DNA from: Acidobacteriota bacterium
GTDB lineage: Bacteria > Acidobacteriota > Aminicenantia > UBA2199
Reading direction: 5' to 3'
DNA: 64,000 nucleotides
Assembly: GCA_039714255.1 (NCBI GenBank)
Contig: JBDLJQ010000001.1
Coordinates: forward strand, 13,818-77,817
The notes below the pieces were generated by a model. The model was not told the DNA's origin and searched no databases. It saw nothing but the letters and a program-made list of their open reading frames with translations. Positions 19,044 to 29,120 of the stretch are shown here, piece by piece. Made by a program: the position numbers and the translations under genes. Each line of letters opens with the position of its first letter. Position 1 is the first letter of the stretch.

Positions 19044-20516
19044 TTATATTAAACCTGTCCTTTTATTGAAATCGGTTATCATATCATCCCACTTATCAGG
19101 TTGATTGAACAATTTACTCCAGATATCCCTGTCCTTCCACAACAGGTTCAGATCTTCCACATCTTTTTTCTGCTGTTCCACCCATGTAAAATATTTAAGG
19201 TTATGAATAGTTTTTTTATCTACATAGGACAACTCTTTATAATGATCTGTAGAAGCCCCCAGAATTATCCTTTCATAATCTACATTTCCATTGATGACGG
19301 TATAGTTACCCCTTTCGGTATTCATCTCCCCGATCCTTGATTCATAAAGGTCTGCAGAATCCGTTGCAACGGTGAAAATTATATCATCTGAGGTCAGTTC
19401 GAAATATTTAGCTGTTTTTATGGAAGAAATAAGGTTTGAAATAGAGGAAATCCCGAAAAGAGATAACTGACCCACAATATCAGGATCGGCCCCATTGGAT
19501 ACCAGTGCTTTTTTTCCTTCTTCTTCATTAAAGAGTCTTAGAACCTTCATGCAATCCTCGTCATCAATTGCAGTTATAACATCGGTATTTTTTAAATTAT
19601 GGATCCAGGGAACATGTTTATCTCCTATTCCCTCTATTCTGTGCCCTCCGAATCCGTTGTAAAGAAGTGTGGGGCACTGCAAGGCTTCAGATGCTATGGT
19701 CCTCATCAACGGGAATCTTTCTTTAAGGTAATCACCGGCTGCAATGGTCCCGGCTGATCCTGTGGCGGAAACATATGCTGCCACATTGCCATCCATCTTC
19801 AGGTTTTTTGTAAAAATTTCTTCAATGGCACTGCCTGTAATATTATAGTGCCAGACACTATTCCCGAATTCATCAAACTGATTGAATATAACAATATCAT
19901 CACGGGTTTCCCTTAATTCCCAGCATTTATCATATATCTCTTTTACATTGGATTCACATCCCGGTGTGGCAATCACTTCCGACCCGATATCTTCAAGCCA
20001 GTCAAACCTTTCCCTGCTCATCTCTTCAGGTAAAATTGCTATTGATTCACAACCCATCAGATAAGAATCAAAAGCCCCTCCTCTACAATAATTTCCTGTT
20101 GAAGGCCAGACCGCTTTATGGAAAGTCGGATCAAAACCTCCGGTTATTATTCTGGGGGCAAGGCAACCATAAGCAGCTCCAACCTTATGAGCACCTGTGG
20201 GAAAATACTTTCCAATTAATACAACAATTCTGGCTTTTACTCCCGTAATTTCCTCCGGAAGCTCAATATAGTTCACATCTCCGAACAGTCCCCCTTTCTC
20301 CTTCCTTTCATTTTTCCATGTAATTCTGAAAAGGTTTAGTGGATGAAGGTCCCAGAGCCCTATGCCCTTCAATTGATCTTTTATCTTTCCGGGGATCAGT
20401 TCCGGCTCCTTCAATTGTGCAAATGTTGGCAAAATGATCCCTTTCTCCCGGAATCTTTCAACTGATCTTTTCAGTACATCTTCATTAACAATTTTATCTG
20501 TTAAATTTATCATCAA
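19044..20516 (-). CDS. fold-type II (TrpB/cysteine-synthase-like) PLP-dependent enzyme, long 490-aa form, function unknown
   Basis: Candidate PLP-lysine in YFPTGAHKVGAAYG. Gly-rich loop SATGSAGTIAAG. About 100-aa N-terminal and about 120-aa C-terminal extensions relative to cysteine synthases. Confidence 0.6.
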   Translation of the reverse strand: MMINLTDKIVNEDVLKRSVERFREKGIILPTFAQLKEPELIPGKIKDQLKGIGLWDLHPLNLFRITWKNERKEKGGLFGDVNYIELPEEITGVKARIVVLIGKYFPTGAHKVGAAYGCLAPRIITGGFDPTFHKAVWPSTGNYCRGGAFDSYLMGCESIAILPEEMSRERFDWLEDIGSEVIATPGCESNVKEIYDKCWELRETRDDIVIFNQFDEFGNSVWHYNITGSAIEEIFTKNLKMDGNVAAYVSATGSAGTIAAGDYLKERFPLMRTIASEALQCPTLLYNGFGGHRIEGIGDKHVPWIHNLKNTDVITAIDDEDCMKVLRLFNEEEGKKALVSNGADPDIVGQLSLFGISSISNLISSIKTAKYFELTSDDIIFTVATDSADLYESRIGEMNTERGNYTVINGNVDYERIILGASTDHYKELSYVDKKTIHNLKYFTWVEQQKKDVEDLNLLWKDRDIWSKLFNQPDKWDDMITDFNKRTGLI

Positions 20517-20605
20517 TTCTCCTTCTTTTTAAGTTATTTATAGTAAAATGATATAGATTTTATTCTGTTTTTGTCAACTTATCACTTTTTACTCTAAGCA
20601 AAGTG

Positions 20606-21880
20606 TTAAGATTTACCCATTTTATCCCAGAGGGAACGGCTTAATTCCCTTGAAATAGAATAAATATTCTTTTCATCAATATTAAGGACTTTTCCTTCTT
20701 TCATTACAATATTGCCTCTGGAAATAACCGAACTTACATCACTCCCTTTTAATCCATAGATAAAATGAGAACAAAAGTTATTTTCAGTTAATTCTGTCGG
20801 AGGTTTATAATCAAAAATCACAAGGTTATTATTTCCATCGCCTTTAAATCCGTTATCTCTTAAATACTGATGATTTTTCCTCAGCCTTCGGTAAATCATT
20901 TCAGGAGAATTTCCCCCGGAGAAATTACCGGAAAGAAAAGCAGATCTGGCAGAGTTTATCATATTACTATTCATCCCGTCTGTCCCGAGCAGAACTCTTT
21001 CTCCTATCCCTTCCGGGTTAAATATTCCAACTCCGTTATTCAGATTGCTCTCTGCATTCTGCACAACCCAGGCTTTACTGTTCTTTAAGAGCTTTCGCTC
21101 CTCTTTATCTATATGAATACAATGTGCAAGAATTGATTTATCCATATCCAGAATTCCCGAATCATTCATCCTCTGAATAACCGATCTTCCAAACTTTTTT
21201 TTTGTAACCTTCTGGTCAATCATATCTTCAGCTGCATGAATATGAATACCTGAATCATATTTTTTTGCCAGTTTTACAGATTTTCCCAAAAGTTCATCAG
21301 AAACTGTAAATGATGCATGCAGCCCGGTTAGAGCAGGTTTTCCTGACATCAGATAATTTTCTGTTTCTTCAATGGCATTACCCCTGACCTTATCCCCGTC
21401 TCTGTCAGACATTTCATAACATGGGAGACATGATATTCCTGCAGAGCTGAATGCTTTGGTTATGGCCAGGAGAGACCCTTTAACAGAAAAAGGGGAAGAG
21501 TGGTGATCGATCACAAAAGTAACTCCATTTCTGATTGATTCAATAGCTGAAATAAGGGCAGATATTTCGATCATTTCCGAAGTAAGAGATTTATCAAGTT
21601 TCCACCAGATAAATTTTAATATTTCAAAAAAATCTGCAGGGTTTCTTACAGGAGGCGGCATTCCCCTTGCCAGAGTAGAATAAATATGGTGGTGGCTATT
21701 TACAAATGATCTTGTTATTATTTTATCTCTGCAATTAAGAACTTCTGCTCCATCAGGAATGGTTTTTGTAAATTCAATTCCACCGCTTTCACCTTTTCCC
21801 ACTTTAATTATAGATTCATTAAACTCCAGCGTAAAAGGGTCTATAAATATTCCACCATCCAGATAAAGGCTCATTGTCAC
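20606..21880 (-). CDS. ssnA: SsnA-type putative aminohydrolase (amidohydrolase superfamily)
   Basis: FVNSHHHIYSTLARGM and HAAED motifs. About 424 aa. The track start is a GTG at 21880, and an ATG at 21874 is an alternative. It abuts or overlaps the stop (21877-21879) of the upstream kinase gene. Confidence 0.8.
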   Translation of the reverse strand: MTMSLYLDGGIFIDPFTLEFNESIIKVGKGESGGIEFTKTIPDGAEVLNCRDKIITRSFVNSHHHIYSTLARGMPPPVRNPADFFEILKFIWWKLDKSLTSEMIEISALISAIESIRNGVTFVIDHHSSPFSVKGSLLAITKAFSSAGISCLPCYEMSDRDGDKVRGNAIEETENYLMSGKPALTGLHASFTVSDELLGKSVKLAKKYDSGIHIHAAEDMIDQKVTKKKFGRSVIQRMNDSGILDMDKSILAHCIHIDKEERKLLKNSKAWVVQNAESNLNNGVGIFNPEGIGERVLLGTDGMNSNMINSARSAFLSGNFSGGNSPEMIYRRLRKNHQYLRDNGFKGDGNNNLVIFDYKPPTELTENNFCSHFIYGLKGSDVSSVISRGNIVMKEGKVLNIDEKNIYSISRELSRSLWDKMGKS

Positions 21881-24333
21881 CTCTTCAATTCTTTTTTTAT
21901 TGAAACAATAAATTCTTCAAGGGAATAAGGTTTTTTTATATATTCTCCGGCTCCGAGATCCTGTGCTCTTTTCACCCTCTCTGTTTCAGAAAAACCACTT
22001 ACAATAACTGCTTTGATATCAGGCGATATTTTTTTGAGTTCTTTAAATGTTTCAAGCCCGTCAATACCAGGATCCATCAACATATCAAGCACAACCAGAT
22101 CATATTTTTTTATCTGAACAAGATCAACTGCTTCTTCTCCGCTTGATACCTTATCAACATTAAAATTCAATTTTGTCAGGAATTCAGCTGCGATCTCCCG
22201 GGGATGGTCTTCATCATCTACAACAAGGATCTTTTCCCTATTTCCCATATATTTTTTTAGTGGAAACTCGTTATTTTTAGCCTCAAGCTCCTTATCGGTT
22301 GCAGGGAAGAACAATTCAAAAGTAGTACCCCTCCCCTTTTCACTTTCAATATTTATGATACCGTCATGATCATTAACTGTTCCCCATACCACAGACATTC
22401 CAAGGCCTGTTCCACTCATACCCATAATTTTTTTTGTATAAAAAGGTTCAAAAATTTTTTTTTGTTCTTTTGGGCTTAAACCTATCCCCTCATCGGTGAT
22501 AGACAGACAAATATATTTTCTACTGATAATTCCTCTCTGAAATTCTTTTCCGGCGATATTTTTTGTCGATATTTTAATAATCCCTTTTTTGATCATCGAT
22601 TCAACCCCATTCAGGAAAAGGTTCATTATGGTTGCATCCAGGTGGATTTTTGAACCGCTCATATTGAGCAGATCTTCAGCAAGATCTATTTTTACTTCAA
22701 TTTCAGGACAACCTTTTACAGCTTTTTCATATTGTGGTGATTGAATAAAATTTTTAATGACACTGTTGAGATTTATTATTTTAAAATTTGTAACACCCCT
22801 TCTTGCCAGTGTCAGGAGATCCTCAACAATGGCAGCAGCTTTCTGGCCGGAATCCTTCATTTTTGCAGCATATTTTTTTATTAATTTTTTTTCATCAATA
22901 TGCATCTTTATAAGTTCCGGATAACTGACAATAGCTGTTAATACATTATTCAGATCATGAGCGACTCCTCCCGCCAGTCGGCCCAGAGCTTCCATTTTTT
23001 CTGACCTTATCAATTTTTCCTGAAGTTCTTTTTTTTCTATCTCATATTTTTTCAAGTGTGATATATCATTAAATGTCATTACCCTGACTTTCCCTTCACT
23101 GGGGTTGAACCTTCTGATAGTACTTATACAATAGATCGGTGAACTGTTTTTTTTTAGAACTTTTACTTCAAAAAGATTACAAGGCAATTTTTTATCTTTA
23201 TTTCTAAAAGTTTTAAGGGAATCACTATGAAAAAAATTTGTTATATGCTTTCCGAAAAGGCTGGAAAACTTAAATCCTGTTAATTGCTGAAATGCCCTGT
23301 TTGCATCAGTAATGATCCCTTTATGGTCATAGAATATTATACCCTCTTCTGCTGCATCTGAAAGGTTTCGGAACCTCCGTTCACTCTCTTTAACAGATTC
23401 TTCAGATCTTTTCTGACTTATAGCGGAAGCAATAGTACTGGAAATTATCGAGAGTACTTCCATATCTGACTCGGAATAAGCTTTAGGATCCAAATAGCTC
23501 TGAACTGCAACAATTCCTATTATTTCTCTTCCGGGGACTTTAAGAGGAACACCAAGCCAGGATTCAGAATCTTTTCCTATAAGTTTGATCTCAGAACTTT
23601 CCATAAGTTCTTCCTGCCTGAACTTATTTGCAAGCAGAGGTTTTTCGGTCTTTAGCACATAGTCGGTAAAACCTCCTCTCAGATCAATAACATGTCCAAA
23701 GTTTTCCATATCTTCCGGATTCTCATCAAACATATAGGGTATTCTGTATAAACTTTTTGCTCTATTCACAACAAGAGCAATATAGAAATTTGTGGAATCC
23801 ATCAGTTTGCCGATCTCATCCCTGATCAATCTTGCAAGTTGTTCAATAGTATTTGATTCTCCTGCTGCCTTGGAGATATTAAAAAGAACCTCATTTACCT
23901 TTTCCGCTTTTTTCCTTCTTGTAACATCCCGGACAACTGCTATAAGGTTCTTTGATCCTTTTTTTTCGATCAGGTTAAGGCTCACTTCTGTATCAAAAGG
24001 ATCCTTGTTATACTTTGTATGCTTCCATTCGAAGAACTGCGGAATGCCGTTTAATGCATCATTTACCTTCTTTAATGCTTTATCTTTGGAAAGACTTCCA
24101 CAGGGTTGAAATTCAGGTGATAATTCATACGGCTTCATGCTGATAAGTTGCTTTTTTGTACTACAGCCATATAGTTCAATTGCTTTCTTATTACAGTCAA
24201 TAAAATTCATCCCTTCCATTAAAAGTACAGCATCATTGGTTGAATCAAGAATAGTTGATGCACCAATCCCTAAGTTGCTAAAAGTTAACGTTTTATTGTT
24301 ATTTTTCGATTTCTTTTTTCCAGGCATAACCAA
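21877..24333 (-). CDS. hybrid sensor histidine kinase (PAS-GAF-PAS-HisKA-HATPase-REC)
   Basis: H-box GGVAHDLNNVL, G-boxes GIGLS and GTGLGMS, and a C-terminal receiver (ILVVDDE...VLDMLMP-like DMLMDPGIDG...K). 818 aa. Confidence 0.85.
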   Translation of the reverse strand: MVMPGKKKSKNNNKTLTFSNLGIGASTILDSTNDAVLLMEGMNFIDCNKKAIELYGCSTKKQLISMKPYELSPEFQPCGSLSKDKALKKVNDALNGIPQFFEWKHTKYNKDPFDTEVSLNLIEKKGSKNLIAVVRDVTRRKKAEKVNEVLFNISKAAGESNTIEQLARLIRDEIGKLMDSTNFYIALVVNRAKSLYRIPYMFDENPEDMENFGHVIDLRGGFTDYVLKTEKPLLANKFRQEELMESSEIKLIGKDSESWLGVPLKVPGREIIGIVAVQSYLDPKAYSESDMEVLSIISSTIASAISQKRSEESVKESERRFRNLSDAAEEGIIFYDHKGIITDANRAFQQLTGFKFSSLFGKHITNFFHSDSLKTFRNKDKKLPCNLFEVKVLKKNSSPIYCISTIRRFNPSEGKVRVMTFNDISHLKKYEIEKKELQEKLIRSEKMEALGRLAGGVAHDLNNVLTAIVSYPELIKMHIDEKKLIKKYAAKMKDSGQKAAAIVEDLLTLARRGVTNFKIINLNSVIKNFIQSPQYEKAVKGCPEIEVKIDLAEDLLNMSGSKIHLDATIMNLFLNGVESMIKKGIIKISTKNIAGKEFQRGIISRKYICLSITDEGIGLSPKEQKKIFEPFYTKKIMGMSGTGLGMSVVWGTVNDHDGIINIESEKGRGTTFELFFPATDKELEAKNNEFPLKKYMGNREKILVVDDEDHPREIAAEFLTKLNFNVDKVSSGEEAVDLVQIKKYDLVVLDMLMDPGIDGLETFKELKKISPDIKAVIVSGFSETERVKRAQDLGAGEYIKKPYSLEEFIVSIKKELKR

Positions 24334-24397
24334 TTTAAATTATATCATATGGCAAAATTTATCAAATAGAATTATACAAAAAATTTAAAAAAGCTAA

Positions 24398-26950
24398 TTA
24401 GATATTTTTTAATGGAAGTTTATTTCTGATAGTACCATCAAAGGAGAAAAATGCATTTGCTACAGCAGCAGCAGTGGGGACCAGGCCTATCTCCCCGATC
24501 CCCTTGGCACCATAGGGGCCGACAGGATCTTTAACTTCGATCCCCTTTACAATGATCTCAGGTGTATCCTTGATCTTTAGTAACCCCAGGTCACGCATTT
24601 TTGTACTTACAGGGAAACCATCCTTCACCTGAAATTCCTCTGATAATGCATATCCAAGCCCCATATGGACAGCACCCTCTATCTGCCCCTCAAAAAGAAC
24701 CGGATTGATAATCTTTCCCCCGTCATGGGCTGCTATCACCCTACTGATATTCCCATTTTTGTCCAGTATTACCAGCTGGGTTGCATAACTGTAAGAATAG
24801 TGTGTAATAACCTTGCCGGATGCACCGGGTTTTGTTGAATCATCAAAACTCCATCTTCCGGAATAAATTTTACCCACAAGGCCGGACAGATCATTATTTT
24901 TCAGGTCCTCTTTTAATTCTTTTGAAGCTTCAATAATCCCGTTACCAATAAGAGATGTCCCCCTGCTTGACGTGGTCATACCCGCAATTGCTCCATCAGC
25001 AGTACTCACTTTCACCTCTATTATATCAGGCGGAATCCCTGTCTCAGTGCTCAAAACCTGAACCGCCACCGTATTCACTCCCTGTCCCATTTCGGTCCAT
25101 CCATGATAAAGTACAACTTTGTCCGGTGCCTTTATCTCAATTTTTATTTCAGAAAAATCTATCATTCCGTTTCCGATCCCGCAATTTTTCAGGCCGCAGG
25201 CAATTCCGCAAAAATCTGCTGAATAAAATTCATCCTTAACTGCCATGAGGGTCTCCCTAACCCCCACTCCATCTCCCAGCACCTGTCCTGTTGCAGTTTC
25301 CGACCCTTTTTTCAGGGCATTTTCATACCTGAACTTCCACCTGTCAAAATTTCCCTGTTTACACAACAGATCGATACAACTTTCCAATGCGAATGTCACC
25401 TGATTAACACCGAATCCTCTCATTGCTCCTGATGGTATATTATTCGTGTAAAGTGTCTTTGCATTTATATCAACAGCAGGTATGTGATAAGCTCCCGTGG
25501 CATGGCCGGCTGCTCTTTCAAGTACTTTTGTCCCCACTGAAGCATACGCTCCCGTATCACCGATGATCCCGGCTCTTAATGCAGTCAGATTTCCTTCTTT
25601 ATCACATGACAATTCATAATCCATTATAAGGGGATGTCTTTTCGGATGCATTATCATCGATTCTTCTCTTGACAACCTCAGTTTAACCGGCTGCCTGAGA
25701 AAATAAGAGAACAATGAGGCATGTCCCTGTACTGTCATATCTTCCTTTCCCCCGAATCCTCCTCCATTTGAAAGTAATGATACTGTTATTTTTTCTTCTG
25801 CTATTCCAAGAATTTTTGAGATCTGCCTTCTGTCCTCATATACTCCCTGGCTCTGTGAAAATACCTTCAAACCATCATTTCCATCCGGCATCGCCACAGC
25901 TGCTTCTGTTTCAAGAAATGCATGTTCAATTCTTTGTGTTTCATATCTTCCCGCTGCATAATAGGGAGAATCCTTTATAATTTTATCAACATCATCACCC
26001 CTCTTTATTGTTGCAGTTTCCAGAAGGTTTCCCTTTTCGTGAACCTTTATATCACTTTTTTCAGCTTTTTCCATGTCTGTCAAAGGTTCAAGAATTTCAT
26101 ACTCGACCTTTATAAGCTCCACACCTTGTCTGGCCTTCTCCTCGCTTTCAGCTACCACACCGGCAAGAACATCACCTACATATCTTGTAGTTTCCCCTTC
26201 AGCTACCATTAAAGGCCAGTCATTATAAATAAGCCCGTAATATCTCTCTCCGGGAATATCTTTCCACGTAAATACCCTGATCACGCCGTCGAGCTTTACA
26301 GCTTCTGAAATATTTATATTTTTTATACGGGCCCTGGGATGGTCAGAAAACTTCAGTGCAGAAAAAACCATATTTTCAAAACTGAGATCATCAACGTAAG
26401 GGGCTGTACCCATCAGTTTTTCATAACCTCCGTATTTGGGGAAACCTGATCCCACTTTTCCACTTTTATCCGGTGTTGTCTCACTTTCTCCATTAAGAAT
26501 ATCTGCTGCTGTCTTAACTGCTTCAACAATTTTTTTATAACCTGTACACCTGCAATAATTTGATCTTAAGGCTTTAATGATATCTTCTTCCGTAGGAGAA
26601 GGATTGTCCTCAAGTAAAATTTTTGTTCTTGTCAGGATACCGGAAGAGCAGAATCCGCACTGCACAGCGCCTTTGTTAATAAAGGATCTTCCAATTATCT
26701 CCCTCACATTTTCAGGGAAACCTTCAAGCGTATTGATCTCAGCACCTTTAATTTTACTCATCGGTGTGACACAGGATAGGGCCGGTTTTCCGTTTAGCTC
26801 AACCATACATGCCCCACAGAAAGCCTGCCCGGAACATCCGTCACGTACACTATAAATATTTTCATGCTCTCTCAGATATTTTAACAGGGATAATTCTTTA
26901 TTCCCGTTGAAGATTTTATTTTTTCCGTTTAATTTAAAGTTTACATTCAT
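24398..26950 (-). CDS. xdhD: molybdenum hydroxylase with a fused N-terminal [2Fe-2S] domain (XdhD-like; 'selenium-dependent molybdenum hydroxylase' type)
   Basis: 2Fe-2S motifs CSGQAFCGACMV, CGFCSSG and CRCTGY, followed by an aldehyde oxidase/xanthine dehydrogenase Mo-pterin domain. 850 aa. No FAD domain. Confidence 0.85.
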   Translation of the reverse strand: MNVNFKLNGKNKIFNGNKELSLLKYLREHENIYSVRDGCSGQAFCGACMVELNGKPALSCVTPMSKIKGAEINTLEGFPENVREIIGRSFINKGAVQCGFCSSGILTRTKILLEDNPSPTEEDIIKALRSNYCRCTGYKKIVEAVKTAADILNGESETTPDKSGKVGSGFPKYGGYEKLMGTAPYVDDLSFENMVFSALKFSDHPRARIKNINISEAVKLDGVIRVFTWKDIPGERYYGLIYNDWPLMVAEGETTRYVGDVLAGVVAESEEKARQGVELIKVEYEILEPLTDMEKAEKSDIKVHEKGNLLETATIKRGDDVDKIIKDSPYYAAGRYETQRIEHAFLETEAAVAMPDGNDGLKVFSQSQGVYEDRRQISKILGIAEEKITVSLLSNGGGFGGKEDMTVQGHASLFSYFLRQPVKLRLSREESMIMHPKRHPLIMDYELSCDKEGNLTALRAGIIGDTGAYASVGTKVLERAAGHATGAYHIPAVDINAKTLYTNNIPSGAMRGFGVNQVTFALESCIDLLCKQGNFDRWKFRYENALKKGSETATGQVLGDGVGVRETLMAVKDEFYSADFCGIACGLKNCGIGNGMIDFSEIKIEIKAPDKVVLYHGWTEMGQGVNTVAVQVLSTETGIPPDIIEVKVSTADGAIAGMTTSSRGTSLIGNGIIEASKELKEDLKNNDLSGLVGKIYSGRWSFDDSTKPGASGKVITHYSYSYATQLVILDKNGNISRVIAAHDGGKIINPVLFEGQIEGAVHMGLGYALSEEFQVKDGFPVSTKMRDLGLLKIKDTPEIIVKGIEVKDPVGPYGAKGIGEIGLVPTAAAVANAFFSFDGTIRNKLPLKNI

Positions 26951-27061
26951 TTTTCAGATCCGGACAGATTATACATTATAGTAAAAAAATTTGGGAATCT
27001 TTACATTTCAGGGTTATTTATACTAAAATTAAACATAAAAAATTTTATAACGGAGGAAAAA

Positions 27062-27673
27062 ATGTCAAAAAAATTTGCATTCGGATGCGGTACATTCTTA
27101 ATTATAGGACTTGTCCTTGCAGTAATTATTTTCATGTGGGGTGTCAAGCTAAACAACAATATGGTCGCTAAAGAAGAAAATGTGAAAGAAAAATGGAGCC
27201 AGGTTGAAAATGCATACCAGAGAAGGTTTGACCTGATACCAAACCTTGTTGAAACAGTTAAAGGATATGCAAAACATGAACAAGATACATTTATAGCTGT
27301 CACAGAAGCAAGAGCCAAAGTCGGCGGGCAGATAAACATGTCAAAAGATGTAATAAATAATCCCCAGGCCTTTCAGCAGTTCCAGCAGGCACAAAGTTCA
27401 TTAGCAGGTGCATTACAAAGGCTGATGGTGGTTGTGGAGAAGTATCCTGATCTGAAAGCTAACGAAAACTTTCTCAACCTTCAGAACCAGCTGGAAGGGA
27501 CAGAGAACAGGATCGCAGTAGAGAGAAGGCGTTTTAATGAAGCTGCAAAAGACTTCAATACATATATAAAGGTATTCCCTAACTCTTTTATTGCATCTTT
27601 CAGGAATTTTAAGGAAAAAGTATATTTCCTTTCGGATGAAGGAGCAAAAACCGCTCCCAAAGTTCAATTCTGA
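27062..27673 (+). CDS. lemA: LemA family protein
   Basis: N-terminal TM, then WSQVENAYQRRFDLIPNLV and EGTENRIAVERRRFNE, which are classic LemA motifs. Confidence 0.9.
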   Translation: MSKKFAFGCGTFLIIGLVLAVIIFMWGVKLNNNMVAKEENVKEKWSQVENAYQRRFDLIPNLVETVKGYAKHEQDTFIAVTEARAKVGGQINMSKDVINNPQAFQQFQQAQSSLAGALQRLMVVVEKYPDLKANENFLNLQNQLEGTENRIAVERRRFNEAAKDFNTYIKVFPNSFIASFRNFKEKVYFLSDEGAKTAPKVQF

Positions 27674-27678
27674 TAAAG

Positions 27679-28359
27679 ATGAGAAAACTTAAGTTTTCAA
27701 AAGAGGATCTCAGGAAAATAAGTAATTCGGTAAAAGAAGCAGAGAGTACTACTTCAGGCGAGATCAAAGTTGCTTTCATTAAAGAAAGTTATGATTATGC
27801 AAAATATGAAGTGATCTTTGCCCTTTTTACCGGGATTATTTATCTAATAACAATTTTTCTTTTTCAGAATCAGGTTGAAACTATTATCAGGAATATGTCA
27901 TGGGATTATTCCCCTTTCTATTTAACTGTTTTTTTCGGAATATCTCCATTTGTTGTTATGACAATATTTTATCTAGTAGCAAATATTCCTTTTGTAGACA
28001 GGCTGATAATACCGGGAAGGATTCAGAGAAAGAAAGTTAATGAAAGAGCTGTAAGATATTTTATTGAATCAGGAGTTCACACCACAAGGGACAGAACAGG
28101 AATACTTATCTTTCTCTCATTCCTTGAAAAAAGAGTTGAACTCCTTGCTGACAGCGGAATAAATGCCAGGATCCCCCAGGAAAAATGGGATGGGATAGTT
28201 TCTCATATTATCGAAGGAATAAGTTCGGGTAACACAGTGGAAAATCTGACTGAATCTGTCCTTGAGTGTGGGAAACTGCTCTCCGAATCAGAAAATTTTC
28301 CCATAAAACCTGATGATACAAATGAGTTGAAAGATGATGTTTCAATACTGGAGGAATAA
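27679..28359 (+). CDS. TPM-domain membrane protein (LemA-associated)
   Basis: GEIKVAFI...TRDRTGILIFLSFLEKRVELLADSGI pattern, and the conserved position after lemA. Confidence 0.65.
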   Translation: MRKLKFSKEDLRKISNSVKEAESTTSGEIKVAFIKESYDYAKYEVIFALFTGIIYLITIFLFQNQVETIIRNMSWDYSPFYLTVFFGISPFVVMTIFYLVANIPFVDRLIIPGRIQRKKVNERAVRYFIESGVHTTRDRTGILIFLSFLEKRVELLADSGINARIPQEKWDGIVSHIIEGISSGNTVENLTESVLECGKLLSESENFPIKPDDTNELKDDVSILEE

Positions 28360-29079
28360 ATGAAAAAAAAGATATTAATAATACTTTTTCTTTTTATCTC
28401 ATTATCCCTTCAGTCAATAGATTTTCCCGAACTTAAAGGGAGGGTAAATGACTACGCAGGCATTCTGGATCCCACTGAGGAAAATAACCTTGAGCTGCTT
28501 CTCAGAGACCTTGAAAATAAAACTTCCGCCCAGGTTGTTCTTCTTACCATAAAGTCGCTGGAAGGTAATACAATAGAAGATTATTCCATAAGGCTCACCG
28601 AACAGAAAGACTGGAAAATAGGACAGAAAGGCCTTGATAACGGTGTGATCCTTTTGATATCAATGGCAGAGAGAAAACTCCGGATAGAGGTGGGTTACGG
28701 GCTTGAGCCTTCACTTACAGACCTGAAAAGCAGTTATATCATAAGAAACCTGATAGTCCCGAAATTCAAGGAAGGGGACTACTATGAAGGTATTCTGAGA
28801 GGTATAGCCCAGATCTCCGGAATTATCACAAAAGAATCTGATATTTCACGGGAAGACCTGAAACAATTCACGAAAAAAAAGAAAAAAAGTATCCCCTGGC
28901 CATTCATCATTTTCATAATTGTGTTTTTTATCCTGCCGATGTTCTCAAAAAACAAGGGGGGCGGCGGTTCGATCTTCTGGGGCGGCGGATTCGGAGGAGG
29001 TTCTTCCGGTGGCGGATTCGGAGGATTTTCCGGCGGTGGCGGAAGTTTCGGAGGAGGAGGTTCTTCCGGTGGCTGGTGA
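28360..29079 (+). CDS. TPM-domain protein (YgcG-like) with a C-terminal TM and a glycine-rich tail
   Basis: VNDYAGIL...QVVLLTI...GVILLISMAERKLRIEVGYGLE. Tail GGGGSIFWGGGFGGGSSGGGFGGFSGGGGSFGGGGSSGGW, encoded by a 21-nt DNA repeat (28993-29013 and 29053-29073). Confidence 0.75.
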   Translation: MKKKILIILFLFISLSLQSIDFPELKGRVNDYAGILDPTEENNLELLLRDLENKTSAQVVLLTIKSLEGNTIEDYSIRLTEQKDWKIGQKGLDNGVILLISMAERKLRIEVGYGLEPSLTDLKSSYIIRNLIVPKFKEGDYYEGILRGIAQISGIITKESDISREDLKQFTKKKKKSIPWPFIIFIIVFFILPMFSKNKGGGGSIFWGGGFGGGSSGGGFGGFSGGGGSFGGGGSSGGW

Positions 29080-29120
29080 TCAACCGCTTAAAAGAGATTC
29101 CGGCGGAATAATAAATCTAC

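Noticed and set aside
27001-27339. 112-aa minus-strand ORF overlapping the lemA start
   Set aside because: It is antisense to the well-supported LemA gene, has a hydrophobic low-complexity translation, and has no RBS.
28950-29079. Tandem DNA repeat (a 21-mer at 28993-29013 and 29053-29073), considered as a non-coding or contingency repeat
   Set aside because: It encodes the Gly/Ser/Phe-rich C-terminal tail that is typical of YgcG-like TPM proteins. This is coding low complexity, not an independent element.
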